Notes under the pieces: generated by a model | The model's input: the letters and a program-made list of their open reading frames with translations, nothing else | Told to the model about the DNA's origin: nothing | Databases searched by the model: none | Source of the DNA: Podarcis erhardii | Taxonomy: Eukaryota | DNA: 64,000 nucleotides | Strand: one strand, 5' to 3' | Assembly (NCBI GenBank): GCA_964252035.1 | Contig: OZ176201.1 | Translations under genes and position numbers: made by a program | Shown here: one piece after another, positions 38,195 to 51,262 of the stretch | Layout: every line of letters begins with the position of its first letter | Numbering within the stretch: position 1 is the first letter of the stretch

Positions 38195-41100
38195 ACCTAA
38201 AGAAATATGTAGCACAGGCCCCTTATGCCTGAGGGCTCAATTTGGGGAACATTTCCCTATTTTGAGAGGGAAGAATCACACAAGGAAAACCTAAGACAAA
38301 GTACTTTAGGTGTGCAGTGGAGAGGACACGGGCCTGTGCCTCTTACATGTGAAATGATCATCCACCTGGGTAAGTGATTAGCTGTATCATTATATGACTT
38401 CCAATATCCCCATCCCACAAAGTTTGAGCATCAGGGAGAAGACTAATAATGGAGCAACTTATCCTGCGAGGTTTGGTGAAGTGATCCCAAACATTTGCTC
38501 CAGTACTTTGAAATAAAGAGGCTGAATTGATATTTTTTGCATTAGGAGCTGCCAGTCTATAGATAATCTGACCCTGAATGCCATGGCATAATATTAAAAA
38601 GTGAATTTTGTTGCTGAATTTATTTAGCATCTCTTAAAAAACAACAACAACAAAAGCTACACAGGTTGGTATCTGACTGACTCACAACTTTCATCAGAGC
38701 TCTTACATTCTGCATAAATATCCATTAAAAACTTGAGATATCTCGATGGCATTATGCAAAACTATGAAGAGGAAATTAACTAAAATGTTTGAATACAATT
38801 AAGGTTTGAACTGGGGCCCTGGCTATGAACCAAGTTATAATTTCAAAGAGAAACCCCATTATAATTTGCTGATCTCTTTTTGTTCAATACTTATCCATAA
38901 TTCACATTCAGGCATGAAAAAAATGTCACAATTTCTGCCTTTTATTTGGGAGGATTTATTTATGAATAATTACACTGGAATCCAAGGGTTCAGCTATGAC
39001 TGGCAGATTAATTCAAAACTCCACACGGTAACAAAAGAGGCTGTTAACATATAGCAGGGATTTTCACAGAGATTGTAGAATGTTACCTGCATAGCAACAA
39101 AGCATGTGGCAGCATAACCTTATAAGCAGGGCTGCCCATTTTCCATTCTGTATATTGTGGGTGAAGACAGATGTAATATTTAAAGAGATGGCTCAGCTGG
39201 TGCTTCACCTCTGACATGAGCTCAGCTTCCTCTCAGCTTCACATTTGCTTGAGAGGTATGCAGTCTATCAAGCTGAACACTGGAGCACCATCCATCTTGT
39301 CCCTCCCTCATGATTTAGCTGATTTAGGCCTTCTCACAAAAATTAAGTGCCACATATCCATCTACTTGTTTTTATATTAATTCTTTGCCATATTAGGGAA
39401 GGAAAGGTTGGACAAAGAGTGGAAATATCTGATGATGATGCAGGCACTGGCCATAGCCAGGTTTGCTGAACCAGAGTTCAGCTCTGGAGCAAAAAAAGCT
39501 ACGTCTTTGGACTGAATGAGAAGGTGCCTCCAAACCTGCTCCTATAATTGATAATATCTGTCTTCACCTTATTTTTGGTAAGGCTTTCTCCTAAAATTCT
39601 TATCTGGTTAAGTCAAAAATAAAATAAAATCACAGATTACTTTTCAGTAATTTAGCCAATTTTTAAATTGTGCATTAGATTGATAAATCTGTAACATAAT
39701 TGATATAAACATTTTGGTATCTGCCAATAACTTTATTAAACATGTCAGCCCTGTTTCAAAATCCTGCTCACCACCAGCTTCCCCATGCTTGGCATGCTGT
39801 CATGCATATTACTGGAAATTACAGCTTTTACCTTAAAATGAACCACAAACAGTCACACCATGCTTCCTGTGGGCTTTAAATTAACAGCTGCTGAGTTTAG
39901 GTGGGCAGGGAACATTTTTCTCTTTTGAAAATAAAAGCATTATTTCTTTTTCCTGGTGTTATAAAGAAGCCACATTTCTGATTGTTTGTAAGTTTTGGTA
40001 CAGTACTTAAAATGTCTCGTTCTAGACCTGACATCCGTGCCCCCCTATGCAACAGCATTATTTGTTCTAGGAAATATTTGAGAGGTACCAACATCTTGGG
40101 AAATACAGACATCTGTTCAAGTCTAGGTGATGAATCATCACACAAAATGACACCACACCACCAATACTGCTACAATACAGTGACTGGGTCAAGAACAAGA
40201 AGAATGCTCAATTAGTAAGGAAGATACTGGAAAGATTAAGACAACATCCTGACATTGAGGGTATCAATGGGGTGTGTGTGTGTATGGGGTGGGGGAAGGA
40301 GGGAGGAAAATGGTAGGCAAAGAAAAGCAAGAAAATAAGGAGATAATGACAAGAAGGCCTATAGTAAAACAACAGGCACCAGCAAGGGTGGAGAGGGGGT
40401 GAAACAGGTTCTAAATCAAGCTGCTTTGGAGGGCTCAGTAAAAAACAAGGAATGAACTTCTATTGGTTGATTATGGAGTCACATTGATTTGATCAGAAAC
40501 CAGAATCCAGGATATAAATGGCAAAGCATCTTTTGTGTACCATTGTCAGGTTACACAGAGTGGTGGTGATTCAGACCTCATTTTATGCTGATAGTAATAG
40601 AGCGCTGGTAGTATTAAGGTAATTTCAGTCTTCCCTCTCATCTTGGTAGATTAGATACAGCTCTAGCTCTCTTTCACACCAGAAGGAAGGAGGGAACATG
40701 ACAAAGGATTATTGGATACTGTCCAGTGTGCATAGTATGTCAGAGCAATAAGGCTCATACGACCACCATATTGACCTCATAGTGACTGGCAACCCCACTG
40801 AGTAAACATGCCAACTGAGAGACCCTTTTATTCACAATTTAGGCAGGACATAGCCCAAAGCGGGCAAAACATATTCCTATTTTTCTTTGGATTCTGTAGA
40901 ATGATGTTCTGAAGTGATCTGGTGTGGCAGCTGTAACCAGCTGTCTAACAGTGTTGGCATTTATGTATCATTTTGAATGGCATAACGTTTCACAAATAGG
41001 GGGTCGAATGCTCCCCCAAGCCTTCATCAAGTGGATAAGCGGTCAGGGATGCAGCTCTTACTAAGCAGCTGGATTTACAAACTGTCCAGAGAATATTGAG

Positions 41101-42808
41101 TTCAAAGTGATGTGCATGGGAGTAACACTGACATTTAAACAAGTGGTTTTATTAGTCTTTTTTTTTTTTTTTTTTTTTTAGTGAGTGGCATTTTTTAAAA
41201 GCAAAGTGGAAAATGGTTAAATTGTTCCCACTGAGAGTTTTCCAGCTGCGACAGACAGCATCCTGTCCAAAAATAAAATCTTGACTTTATACCAGTAAAC
41301 AATACAGATAGATAGCACCATTTTCTTTCTACAATTTGTAAAATGCAAAGAAAGAAAGACATCCTGGGTTTTCAGGTTTGAATGACTCATTAGGGCTAGT
41401 TTGCAGAGCATGGGTATCATTGGTTTCCTACTGTCACACACATTTAAAGTACTTTCACAAAAGAGTCTCTCTCTGTCCTTTCACACCAATGAGCATTACA
41501 TTGCGTTTAATAATGTGAGCACCAGTATGAGGCAACAACAAAGGGAAGACAAAGCACAGGTCTGAGAATCAGACACAAGAAAAGGCAAGCCAAGAGGTTC
41601 TTTGTGAGCCCGCACTGAAGAATGGCCCACTTGGGACGACGCCAAAGCATTCAAAACAAACAAATGCAACGGAACACTCAAATGTACATCTAAGATTTTA
41701 AGATTAGAATCACACTGAAAGGACAAGTCTCAGGAGATTTTCCTCTAGCTCTTGTCCAAGGGGATGGACAGGACTGATCTCCTAGCCCACAAAGAGAAAT
41801 GGAACATGTGAATGCAAAGAAATGGAACATAAAGAATGGTAATGTTGAGGAGATTCCGGATTTATTAAAATGAGCTGGGTCATTTTTTGCAAGCCATATA
41901 TATCTTTAAAATCCCCTTTTGATTTATTCCTCTGTAATGCTCTTTATTGTTTTTTTTACACAACTTGCATTATTAGAGTTGCACCTCAAATTAGCCCTAT
42001 ACCTGTCAGGGTCTGTGTTAATGTGCATCATGCTTAAATAGGCACCATATTCACTTATCCCCTGGAACTACCATATTTGAAGAATTTGGTAAAGTCTCCC
42101 TGCAAAATTGCTGTAGACAATTTGTCTAATGTATGCAACCTTTCCTGGTTTTCCAATGTTGCAACACTTGCCAGTGATGTGTTCTTCTGGCTTACAACCC
42201 AACAGCTGATTCAGTGTTTGGCAATTATGACCAGGGTCACTGAGGTGGAAAAGTCCTTGAGACTCTCACACAAAATATGCCCAGTCTGGTTTTTACAAAT
42301 GCATGGAGTGACTAGAAGGATTTCCTGGCAGCCAATGAGAGGTCCAGTTATCTTATGCTATGTAAAGAAGTGGACTTGAGTTGAGCAATCAAATTCCTGT
42401 TGCTATTTTGAGTTTTTCTAAAGGTGGATTAAAGAGACTGTCCTTTATTAGGCAATGTTTGATTCTGTGCTTGCTGAAGTAAAGAATTTGCTAAGCAGGC
42501 CCAGAGCTATAGATCTATAGAGCTATAGATGCCTATCTGTCTCTTGCTAAATCTTGATTAATGAAGTAGGACACGACATCACTTTTTCTCACACTGAAAA
42601 CAACACAAACGTTCTCCTTTATAATTTGTTTAAATGTGTGGATTATTTATTTTTCAGTGGAGGAACATTCAATCGCAGGAGCCCCCACTGCAGTCTAAAG
42701 GAGCAGAACCTGGACAATGGGGTATCACCTCATTAAGAAGTTGGGCTAAGGCTTGGGCCCTGTACAGATAAGGAGCTGTCCCCTAAACAGATCATGCTGT
42801 TAGGTATA

Positions 42809-43063
42809 CAGCAGTACCTCGGTTTTCAAACGTATTTCTCTGTTCTGGAAGACTGTTTGAGTTCTGAAACATTTGAAAACCGAGGCGCAAAGGGCGGTCT
42901 GCAAATTTCATAGAGAAAATTGAGAAAAATACAGTGGCACCTCAGCGGAAGCCATTTGACTTCCGAGGCACGTTCGAAAATGGAAGCATTTACTTCTGGG
43001 TTTTCAGCGTTTGAAAACCGAAACGATTGTCAACGGAGACATTCAAAAACTGAGGTACCACTG
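42809..43063. mobile_element. Tc1/mariner MITE, family C
   Basis: TIR CAGCAGTACCTCGGTTTT / AAAACTGAGGTACCACTG with TA flanks. Confidence 0.8.
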
Positions 43064-43997
43064 TATACCTAACAGCATGATCTCAAATGCATTTTGGAAT
43101 AAGTTTTCGACTGATTTCAGTGGACTCTTTCTTCCCAAATAACATAGCTGAGGAGAATTGTCCACATGCACAGATCATTATCTAGGCAAGTAAAACATTG
43201 ATAGCTGATGCAGGTATTACATTTTACTTCAAGATACAGTTAATAGAGCAGAGCTGCAATGCCCTCCCCAAATATCTCCTGATATTTTAGGGCTGCAAAA
43301 TGGGGGAGGGATTTTGCCAAATATTCTTTTGGGTTCAGGAATGAATTGTATCAACCATTTTTCTTACAAAACTCTCTTTAAGCAAGGTTGTACCGGGGAA
43401 GGATACAAAACAATATAGGACTTTGGTGTGTGTGTGTGGAGCCCATTACAGAACATTGTATACAAAACGTTCTGCAAAAATATATTTGTCACCTGAGGCG
43501 ACACTATTTTTAGCTCTGGTGACTGCCCCTCTCATGGTCAGTACAGAATGAGGGGCCTCCCCCCGAGTCTCCACACATCTGTACAAGGTTAATCACCACA
43601 CATCAAACAGCTCCAAGTCGATGACCCAGACCTTATCCAAAAAATCTCTTCCTGAAAACAACCAAAAAACAAAGAAAAGAACATCGATGGGAAGTTGGCA
43701 ATATTTGTGATGAAAAAGAAAACCTGCTAAAAAGGTAAGATAACATAACATCAAAACCTGCTAAAAAGGTAAGATAACATAACATCAAAAATGTGTCAGT
43801 GGTAAGTCAAACCTGCAGACGTTTCTAATTTTTAAAAAACAAGCACAAAAACAACATGCGTGAAATGCAGAGAAACCAAGAAAAGGCCTTCCACCACACA
43901 CAATCTAGCAAGCTGCCTCATAGGACCAGTGGGCGGCCGTTAAGTCACACAGCACTGCCATTCACGTGAGACAAAGACAGCAAGGACTTCCCAGTAC

Positions 43998-44048
43998 CTG
44001 GCACTGCACTGGCTGAGCTGTCCATTATTACATCATCCAGCATTAGAT
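43998..44048 (-). CDS. CACNA1G: CACNA1G alternative exon 26 (51 bp): (N/D)LMLDDVIMDSSASAVP(E), III-IV linker
   Basis: Acceptor cgttcttctag|AT, donor CAG|gtactg, phase 1-1, frame preserving. Resembles the recalled mammalian exon 26 peptide NLMLDDVIASGSSASAAS. Confidence 0.92.
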
Positions 44049-44254
44049 CTAGAAGAACGAAAGGGCATTAAATCACTGGAGAGGATGCGAGGCCAATCCT
44101 TCATTCCATCTTCATCGCTTCATGCACCCGTCACTCTGGCAAAGCACACCGTCACCCTGGCAGGGCGAAACAAGGCTTCTGCCTGCCTACAACCGTTACC
44201 CACAAACGCACCTACACGTTTCAGTGGAGTTTAGATAGAAGCAATGTAGAGTAT

Positions 44255-44416
44255 ACCTCCTGTGGTGCAATGGGTCAGTGGATTTGGCTGTTAACCAGAA
44301 GGTTGGTGGTTTGAGCCCACCCAGAGACAAGTGTGGGCAGGATTCCTGCATTGCAGGGGGTTGGACTTGATGACCCTCAGGTCCCCTTCCAACTCTACAA
44401 TTCTATGAATCTATGA
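44255..44416 (+). mobile_element. tRNA-head / CR1-tail SINE
   Basis: A/B-box-like head (TGGTGCAATGG; GGTTTGAGCCC), then GATTCCTGCATTGCAGGGGGTTGGA and a TTCTATGA tail. Confidence 0.7.
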
Positions 44417-47400
44417 GCAGAGAGCACCCAGTTCCACACCATCAGAAGGAGGGTGGTCTTTATTGGCAAATCAGCCTTTTAAATTTATAGGCAAGGACGA
44501 TGTGGTCTTATGATTTAACACTTGTACAGTTCCTAGCCATTTGAGATTACCGTAAGTATTCATAGTAGTATAATTCATGTTGCCTTTCAGTTTTAAAGCC
44601 CCAAGATTGGCATTAAGAATATTATAATATAAAACTAAATAATGTTATTAATGTCATTAAAAAATAATATTAAGAATGAAAACACTCAGAATACTGATAG
44701 GCTGGGACTGCGAGAGGCTACCCCAATGGGTTGCTCACACTCAGAGGAATTTGTACAGTAACTTTTTGGCAGCAGCAGCACATCACCATCAAAGCCTATG
44801 CTCACAAATCTCTTCAGTTTTCAAACGCTTTTCACAATGCAGCGTTTGGGAAGTGTGCACACGCATACAGGGCAACATAAACCCAAGACACCTCTGAGAT
44901 AAACTGAACTAGTTGATCCTGAGCAATGTAATGGTTGGTGAGCAGAATATGAGATTCTTATCCACTGTGATGCACTGGCAGACAGCTAAGGGGAAAATGG
45001 TCCTCTCTCATAAATCAATGTAGCCTTCAGGGGAACTATATGTTACAGTGGAATAAACTAGGATTGTTACAGGTAAATAACAGTGGCAGGCAAAGGGAAG
45101 CCCCAAATGTAACTATAGACCATTCCTTCCATATTCTCAAGTCAATAAAGTATTAAAGTTATCAGCATGACATCTGGGATAGCATCACCTCAGGGAAAAA
45201 AAATGAATGTTGTAATCTTTTCTAAAGAAATATAAAGGAGAAGCTGAAACCTGCTTTCTTGTAGTCTTTTGTCCCAAAGCAGTACCCACAAAATCCCATT
45301 AAAACCAGTGGGGCTATGCCAGGACTAGTCTAGACTCAAGTAACTACCTAGTCACATGGTCAGTACTGGGCCCAGGTCAAAATAATACAGCATGGCATCA
45401 GTATTGGTCCCTATGTGATGAGTAAACATACAGGGAGTTGGGTGGGAAAATTCTAGCTACTATACAGTCTTCATGCCACTTACCCCAAAAGAATCTCACC
45501 ATTTCAACCAACTGTATAACTAATGGGTTATTTAGAAATAAATATTTTAAGAGGTGAAATGCTACATTATGTGCGAACATGTAGAACAAAACTCCAGTGA
45601 CCACATCTGTTAGGAACCCATTTGGAGCAAAGGGAAGGGCTCTTTATCACTCCCAATATTCATTGCTTTTCTACTTCAGTGCCTTCCTCTGAATTACTTT
45701 TAAGAGTTCCAGACATGTTTGTTAGGGGAAACATGAATCTAGACAAGAGATAGAGGAGAAATTTGTGCAGCCTGTATTTTTAAGCAAACCAACCTTATAG
45801 GCCAGCCCTGGACTTATATGCAGTTCAGAACACAGCTGACAAATCAGTTTCAGCTTTTTAAAAAAGCATACAAAGATGTGTATTTTACAGAAAAATGCAC
45901 AAAATATGCACTTCTAGGGGGAACTGCATACAAAAGTCAATGCAAAATATGTACACATTAAATGCATATATTTAGTGCATTTCCTTTTTTAAAAAAATAG
46001 CAACAAATGGGATAGGATATTCCTTACATGCAAAACTGATATGGACTAGAAAAAGGGGAAAATAGGGTTGGCTTGTTGGAGCAGGAAAACAGTTATTTGA
46101 TGATGAGAGAACCACCCTGACCAGGGCTGGCCTAAGACATTTTGCTGCTGTAAGCAAAATGCTATGATTGCTCCCCCCTCAATTTAGGCCCCCACCTCAT
46201 CCTTGCCATCACACTCACGCTCTGCCACCACAACTGTACCCTTGCCTGTGGCTGTGCCCACACTTCCACCACAATACAGTAGCAGTGAGGGCAATGGTGT
46301 TGAGGTGGCTGCACTAGCGAAGCCCCCGGGAGACTGGCAATGGGGCAATGGCAGCGGTTGGATCTGCTGCCTGAGGCAGACGGCTTTCACATCACCTCAT
46401 TGACAGGGTGCCCTTGACCCCAGCCCCCATTGCCAGCGCACACAACTTCCCCACCCCAATTGCTCCCTTCCAAAGCTACCCAATGGTTTGGAAGTGGCCA
46501 CCATAGATTTGTAGGCACTTATTTTTCCACAGCACATAGTTCTGCCCTTAGGCACATTTGTTGTACACATGTCAAAGAGTGTTCTACCAGGGCAAACTCA
46601 ACTGGCACTTGTGCCTGCAATCTTAAAAAAACCTTTTTCCTCATTGTACTAAGCAACAGATTTGTCTGCTAATAAATGCAATTTTCACTCCAATCAAGCC
46701 AACAGACTGCAAATGAATGTTATAGTTCTAAAATGATTATAAGAGGACAATTTCTTTCTTCTGTAAATTTTATATGGTAGTTTCTTTTGCAAGAACTTCC
46801 CATTCTTCAGCAGACTATTTCAACCCATGTCCCAATACATTAGAGAACAAACTGGCAATATCATGCCATGCATAGAGTGGACTGTGACTTTCTTTTAGGA
46901 AATTCCTCATACCTCATGTGTGCCCCCCCCCCTTATATCTGCTGTTGTAGCCAACATAATTCAAAGTATTTCAGAATTTATTTATTTTTTTGAAAACACG
47001 ATGAAATATTAAGCTTTTCCAAGCGGTTCTTTTAAAAATAACAATAATCACAGCCAAAGTGAAATTATTTTCCAGGGAATTATGATGTGTCAATGGGAGC
47101 TCACATTAAATGAAAGGGTGTACAATATGTTACAGCTAGGGAAGAAGCTATAAAATCCTCACTTTCTCTGTTGAAGCCTTTGTAACGAGTATCATTAGTG
47201 GAATCATAACTATGAGATTTATGAATTATGCTTATGGTTTTATTGTAGCAAATACTAAATCCCTAAATACCTACGTTAATTTCCAAACTTAGGAAGAAAG
47301 CTGAAGGTGTTGTACAAGTAGCCTGGACCATATAAAATTATGCCACACATTACTTTTAACTATGGTTCGATTTTTACACTTGTAAAACATATTTTCACAA

Positions 47401-47784
47401 TAATATGTGTGTCAGAATAATTTTAAGTGGTATTCATAATATTCAGGGTCGACCTTTTACCCATCAATGGAGTAACCATTTCATAAATCATTTGTAAACT
47501 GATGTGTTCTGTAGTCATCCCTACATCAAAGGCTGCATAAGGAAACTAGGTGACTGTCTAAGGCAGGGGTGAGAAACTTGTGGCCCTCCAGATATTGTTG
47601 GACTCCAACTCCCATCAACCCAACTCTTTCCAGTGCTTGCTTAAAACACAGACTCCTTTTTGGCCCACTCGTGATTATGTTATTTCATATCTATATGAAG
47701 CTCTGGAAGTGGCCATTAGGCGTTTTGGGGCAAATTGCCATCAATATACTGTTGACAATCAGTTCTATTTCTCCATAATATCTT

Positions 47785-48000
47785 AATCAGGAAAGATAGG
47801 TTCAGAGTTGGGCAACCAAGACGTTCAAGGGTCTGGAAACCAAGCCTTAAATAATAATTGTTAATAATTTTATTGTCACATGGAAGATGGAGCAAGCTTG
47901 TTTTCTCTTGCTCTGGAGGAGAGTAGGACTCAAACCAATGGCTTCAAGTTACAAGAAAGGAGATTCCGACTAAACATCAGGAAGAACTTTCTGACAGTAA
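47785..48000 (+). mobile_element. CR1 LINE ORF2 3' fragment
   Basis: GGCAACCAAG...GGGTCTGGAAACCAAGCC and CAATGGCTTCAAGTTACAAGAAAGGAGATTCCGACTAAACATCAGGAAGAACTTTCTGACAGTAA, typical of CR1 ends. Confidence 0.65.
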
Positions 48001-48199
48001 AAATACATTTTTTGTTTAGGCAAGCCTACCCAGACATGTAGAATACTGACGTGTTTTAATCTCTTTTTGCTTACTGTTGATTTTAATTATCTTTTGAATG
48101 TTTTTTAAACCTGTTCTTATCTGTTTCTTGTTTTTTACTGATTATTCTAATGTTTTATTTTTGTAAGCTGTTTAGAGGTTTTAGAGAAGCTGAGAAATA

Positions 48200-48541
48200 C
48201 AGTGGTGTCCCGCAAGACGAATGCCTCACAAGACGGAAAACCCGCTAGACGAAAGGGTTTTCCGTTTTGGAGGTGCTTCGCAAAACGAATTTCCTATGGG
48301 CTTGCTTCGCAAGACGAAAATGTCTTGCGAGTTCCTGCGTTTTTTTTTCCTCCCCCCTTTTTCTAAGCCGCTAAGCCGCTTATCTGCTTATCCGCTAAGC
48401 CGATAAGCCGCTAAAAGCCGCTAAAAGCCACTAATAGCGCTAATCCACTAAGCCGTCAATGGGCTTGCTTCGCAAGACGAAAAAACCGCTAGACGAAGAG
48501 ACTCGCGGAACGGATTAATTTCGTCTTGCGAGGCACCACTG
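48200..48541. mobile_element. Tc1/mariner MITE, family D, CpG-rich with internal TAAGCCGC-type tandem repeats
   Basis: TIR CAGTGGTGTCCCGCAAGACGA / TCGTCTTGCGAGGCACCACTG with TA flanks. Confidence 0.85.
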
Positions 48542-49743
48542 TATGGCAGTGGGGGAAATACCATAGTGTCTCAAGACAATCTGGGAAATAAGTAATGAAC
48601 AGGCAAGTTACAGTAAGTATACTGTGTGAGACAGAGGGGCAGGCCAGGAGTCTAGTGAACCAAGGAATAATGCATAAGATGGTTAATAAGTTCTCCAGGG
48701 CTGTGGCCCACTGAGAGGTGTGAAGGCAAGTAAACATAAAGGATGACAAGGGGCGGGCCTTTCACCTTGAACAAGAAGGGGTGGGTGAGAGGAGGCATGC
48801 CATTTTATATTTCCATATAAGGTCCTACTATGTCAAAGCTAATCCTACGTAGGCCACAATTCTGTGCCATATTCCATGGGACTGCATTGCTTTCCAAATG
48901 TGTTACAGGCATGACTGGAGCTAGCTTTCCTTTAAAATGGAACTCTTTCAGTAGTGTATAATTCCATCCTTAAATCTTCCCTGTTCCCAGAGTTACTTTA
49001 CAAGGCTTCCTTTGTTGTAGCAAGAAGCTGCATTTGACAAAACTCTACGCTGGCTGGGAGGCCAAGACTGCTTTATGCACAAAAGTCTGTGAGGCTTTTT
49101 GTCTCTTTACCATGTTTACTGTGTTATTACCACTAAAATATTTGCAGATGCTATAGCAGCAAAACATGGGTGCACGCATACTTTTCATTGACACTGATAG
49201 ATATATTACCAAAGTATCTCCAATAAACCTTTTCACCTTTGTGCCTTTATGCATCATGGGATGTTTCATGTGTACGAAATTCCATGAACTTTGGCTAAAA
49301 AGAGAACATGAACCCCAATACATGGACAGTCCTTCTTATAACATGATTTTATGTTCCTTGAGATATAAATCGAAATAGTCATTGTCTTGGAAAAAATCAT
49401 GTCAGTTCTGAAATACTTTGAAAGGTCACTTGTAAACATCACAACCTCATAGCTCATTATGGAGCTCTCTTATTTCTGAACAGTGTCACAAAATTCATTA
49501 ATAAACCACAGCTTCAGCATGATTTGTTCGTTTCAGATCTTCTGATCTGGAATCCTTACGCTCAAGTAAATAATGTTAAAATATAATCCTCAAAGTTGTG
49601 AATGTCCTTAAGTATCTAGATATTCATTTCATATAATTAATGCTCAAAAAACCCAACACACAACACAAATCATGGTCCTATCTTGTTATACCTATAAAAC
49701 AACCATACAGGGAATTGCACAATTTTTTTTAGTAACTATTAAA

Positions 49744-49781
49744 CATCATCATCATCATCATCAACAACAACAACAACAACA
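49744..49781. repeat. (CAT)n(CAA)n compound microsatellite
   Basis: Read directly from the sequence. Confidence 0.9.
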
Positions 49782-50757
49782 AAGAGAAATTCCTACAGAT
49801 TTACTGGTGTCAGTCTGAAAGGGATGAAATAAATGTGGAAGGGATAATGGGTTGGGGAGAAAGCCATAAGAACACTTAAAGATGGAAGTAACAAGAGTGA
49901 TACCATGAATGAACGCAGGGGCATTTGGGGAAAAAAATCCAAGCAGAATAGAAGGCATGCAAGATGGAGGAGAGTACCTCTGACCTGTGACCTCTGACCT
50001 GAATGTAATTTCCTGTTTTTCAATCAAACAGAACTGAGATAAAAAAGACAATATGTATGTCAAGTTTCTCAGATTTTTAGAGACACATCTACTATGGTTA
50101 CAAAAGGATTTTTAAAAATTATTCTAAGTGGTCCAACAAGGTTGTGTGCCAGTGGATCTACTTAATTTGACTAATTTCTGTCTGGTTATTTCCTTCATCA
50201 TTTTAAAGAAAAAAAATCTGTATTTCTCAAGCAAATACACTATATTTTCAAGCATTTCTAAAACAAGGCTGCTTTTTATTATTACATCCTTGAATGCACG
50301 ATTGCAGTTTCATCAATCGATACGCAAACTGGCTCAGAAATTGACAAAAGTGATTTCACTGTGACATTACAAGGCTGTAATAAACCAAATAGTGAAGTTA
50401 ATTCTTAGCAACAGTGCTAGACACGCCTAAGATTCTTGGCCTGTTCTGGAACTGTTGGTTTTTGCATTTGACACTATTTGGGTAATGCTAAGCTTGTGCA
50501 ATAATAATAATAAAAAAACATTTAAAATTATTCTTTTTAAAAAATCACCTAGCGTATAAAGTAGTTGCGAATCATGCAGCCATTGCTATGTTTCTGCGGC
50601 TTGTTACTTAGCCTATGCCAGAACTATATCCTTCATGCAAATTTCATAGCTGGACATGCTTTTGAAAGGAATCTGAGCCTCGGGTGCTAGGCAGGGAGTT
50701 ACGGGGAGACTGTCAAAGGTCAAGCAGGACTCAGAAAGATGAGGAAAGACTACCGAC

Positions 50758-50971
50758 CAGCCATCTGTTTCTCCTTACTCCTTCTCTTTTTCTCCAGCCG
50801 CTTGAGTCTCTTCTCCTCTCGTCTCTTGGCTTCTTCTTCTTCCTGATGCTGACGACACTTATGGAAATTCTCCACCACAACTCCCACAAACATGTTGAGG
50901 ACAAAGAAGGCAACAATCAGCAGGAAGGAGATGAAGTAGAGGAGCATCCAAGGGTTATAGTTCATGACTGG
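50758..50971 (-). CDS. CACNA1G: CACNA1G exon 25, long form 214 bp (short form 50779-50971, 193 bp): [64 protein letters not shown][SKEKQMA]
   Basis: Acceptor ccttgtag|CCA. Two donors 21 nt apart (GGA|gtaagg and CTG|gtcggt), both phase 1. SKEKQMA is diagnostic of Cav3.1. Confidence 0.96.
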
Positions 50972-51172
50972 CTACAAGGCAAAGAAGAAAGCCATTAAAA
51001 TTACAACCTAGGAGGGTACCGGGGACAAGGCTGTATAAATGTGCAAAGTAAGATTGGAACATCCTTTGTCCATGAAGATTGTGAGATACGGGGAGGAGCT
51101 GTACCCCTTACAGTTTTGTTTTGTTTTTTTACAAAACTATCTCTTCTATTAACTTAATGCCGAACCACGTAC

Positions 51173-51262
51173 CTGCTGATCCACTCCCACTGCATCCAAT
51201 CCATCATACATGATGTCCACCCACCCATCTTTGGAGGCCAAAACAAACAGAGACATTAAGGC
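51173..51262 (-). CDS. CACNA1G: CACNA1G exon 24 (90 bp): [30 protein letters not shown], domain III pore loop
   Basis: Acceptor ctttctag|GCC, donor CAG|gtacgt. The SKDGW filter has Asp, as in the T-type EEDD filter. Not in the ORF track. Confidence 0.97.

Noticed and set aside
48360-48455. Short tandem TAAGCCGC-type repeats as a CRISPR-like or regulatory array
   Set aside because: There are no unique spacers, the context is eukaryotic, and the repeats lie inside a TIR-bounded MITE.
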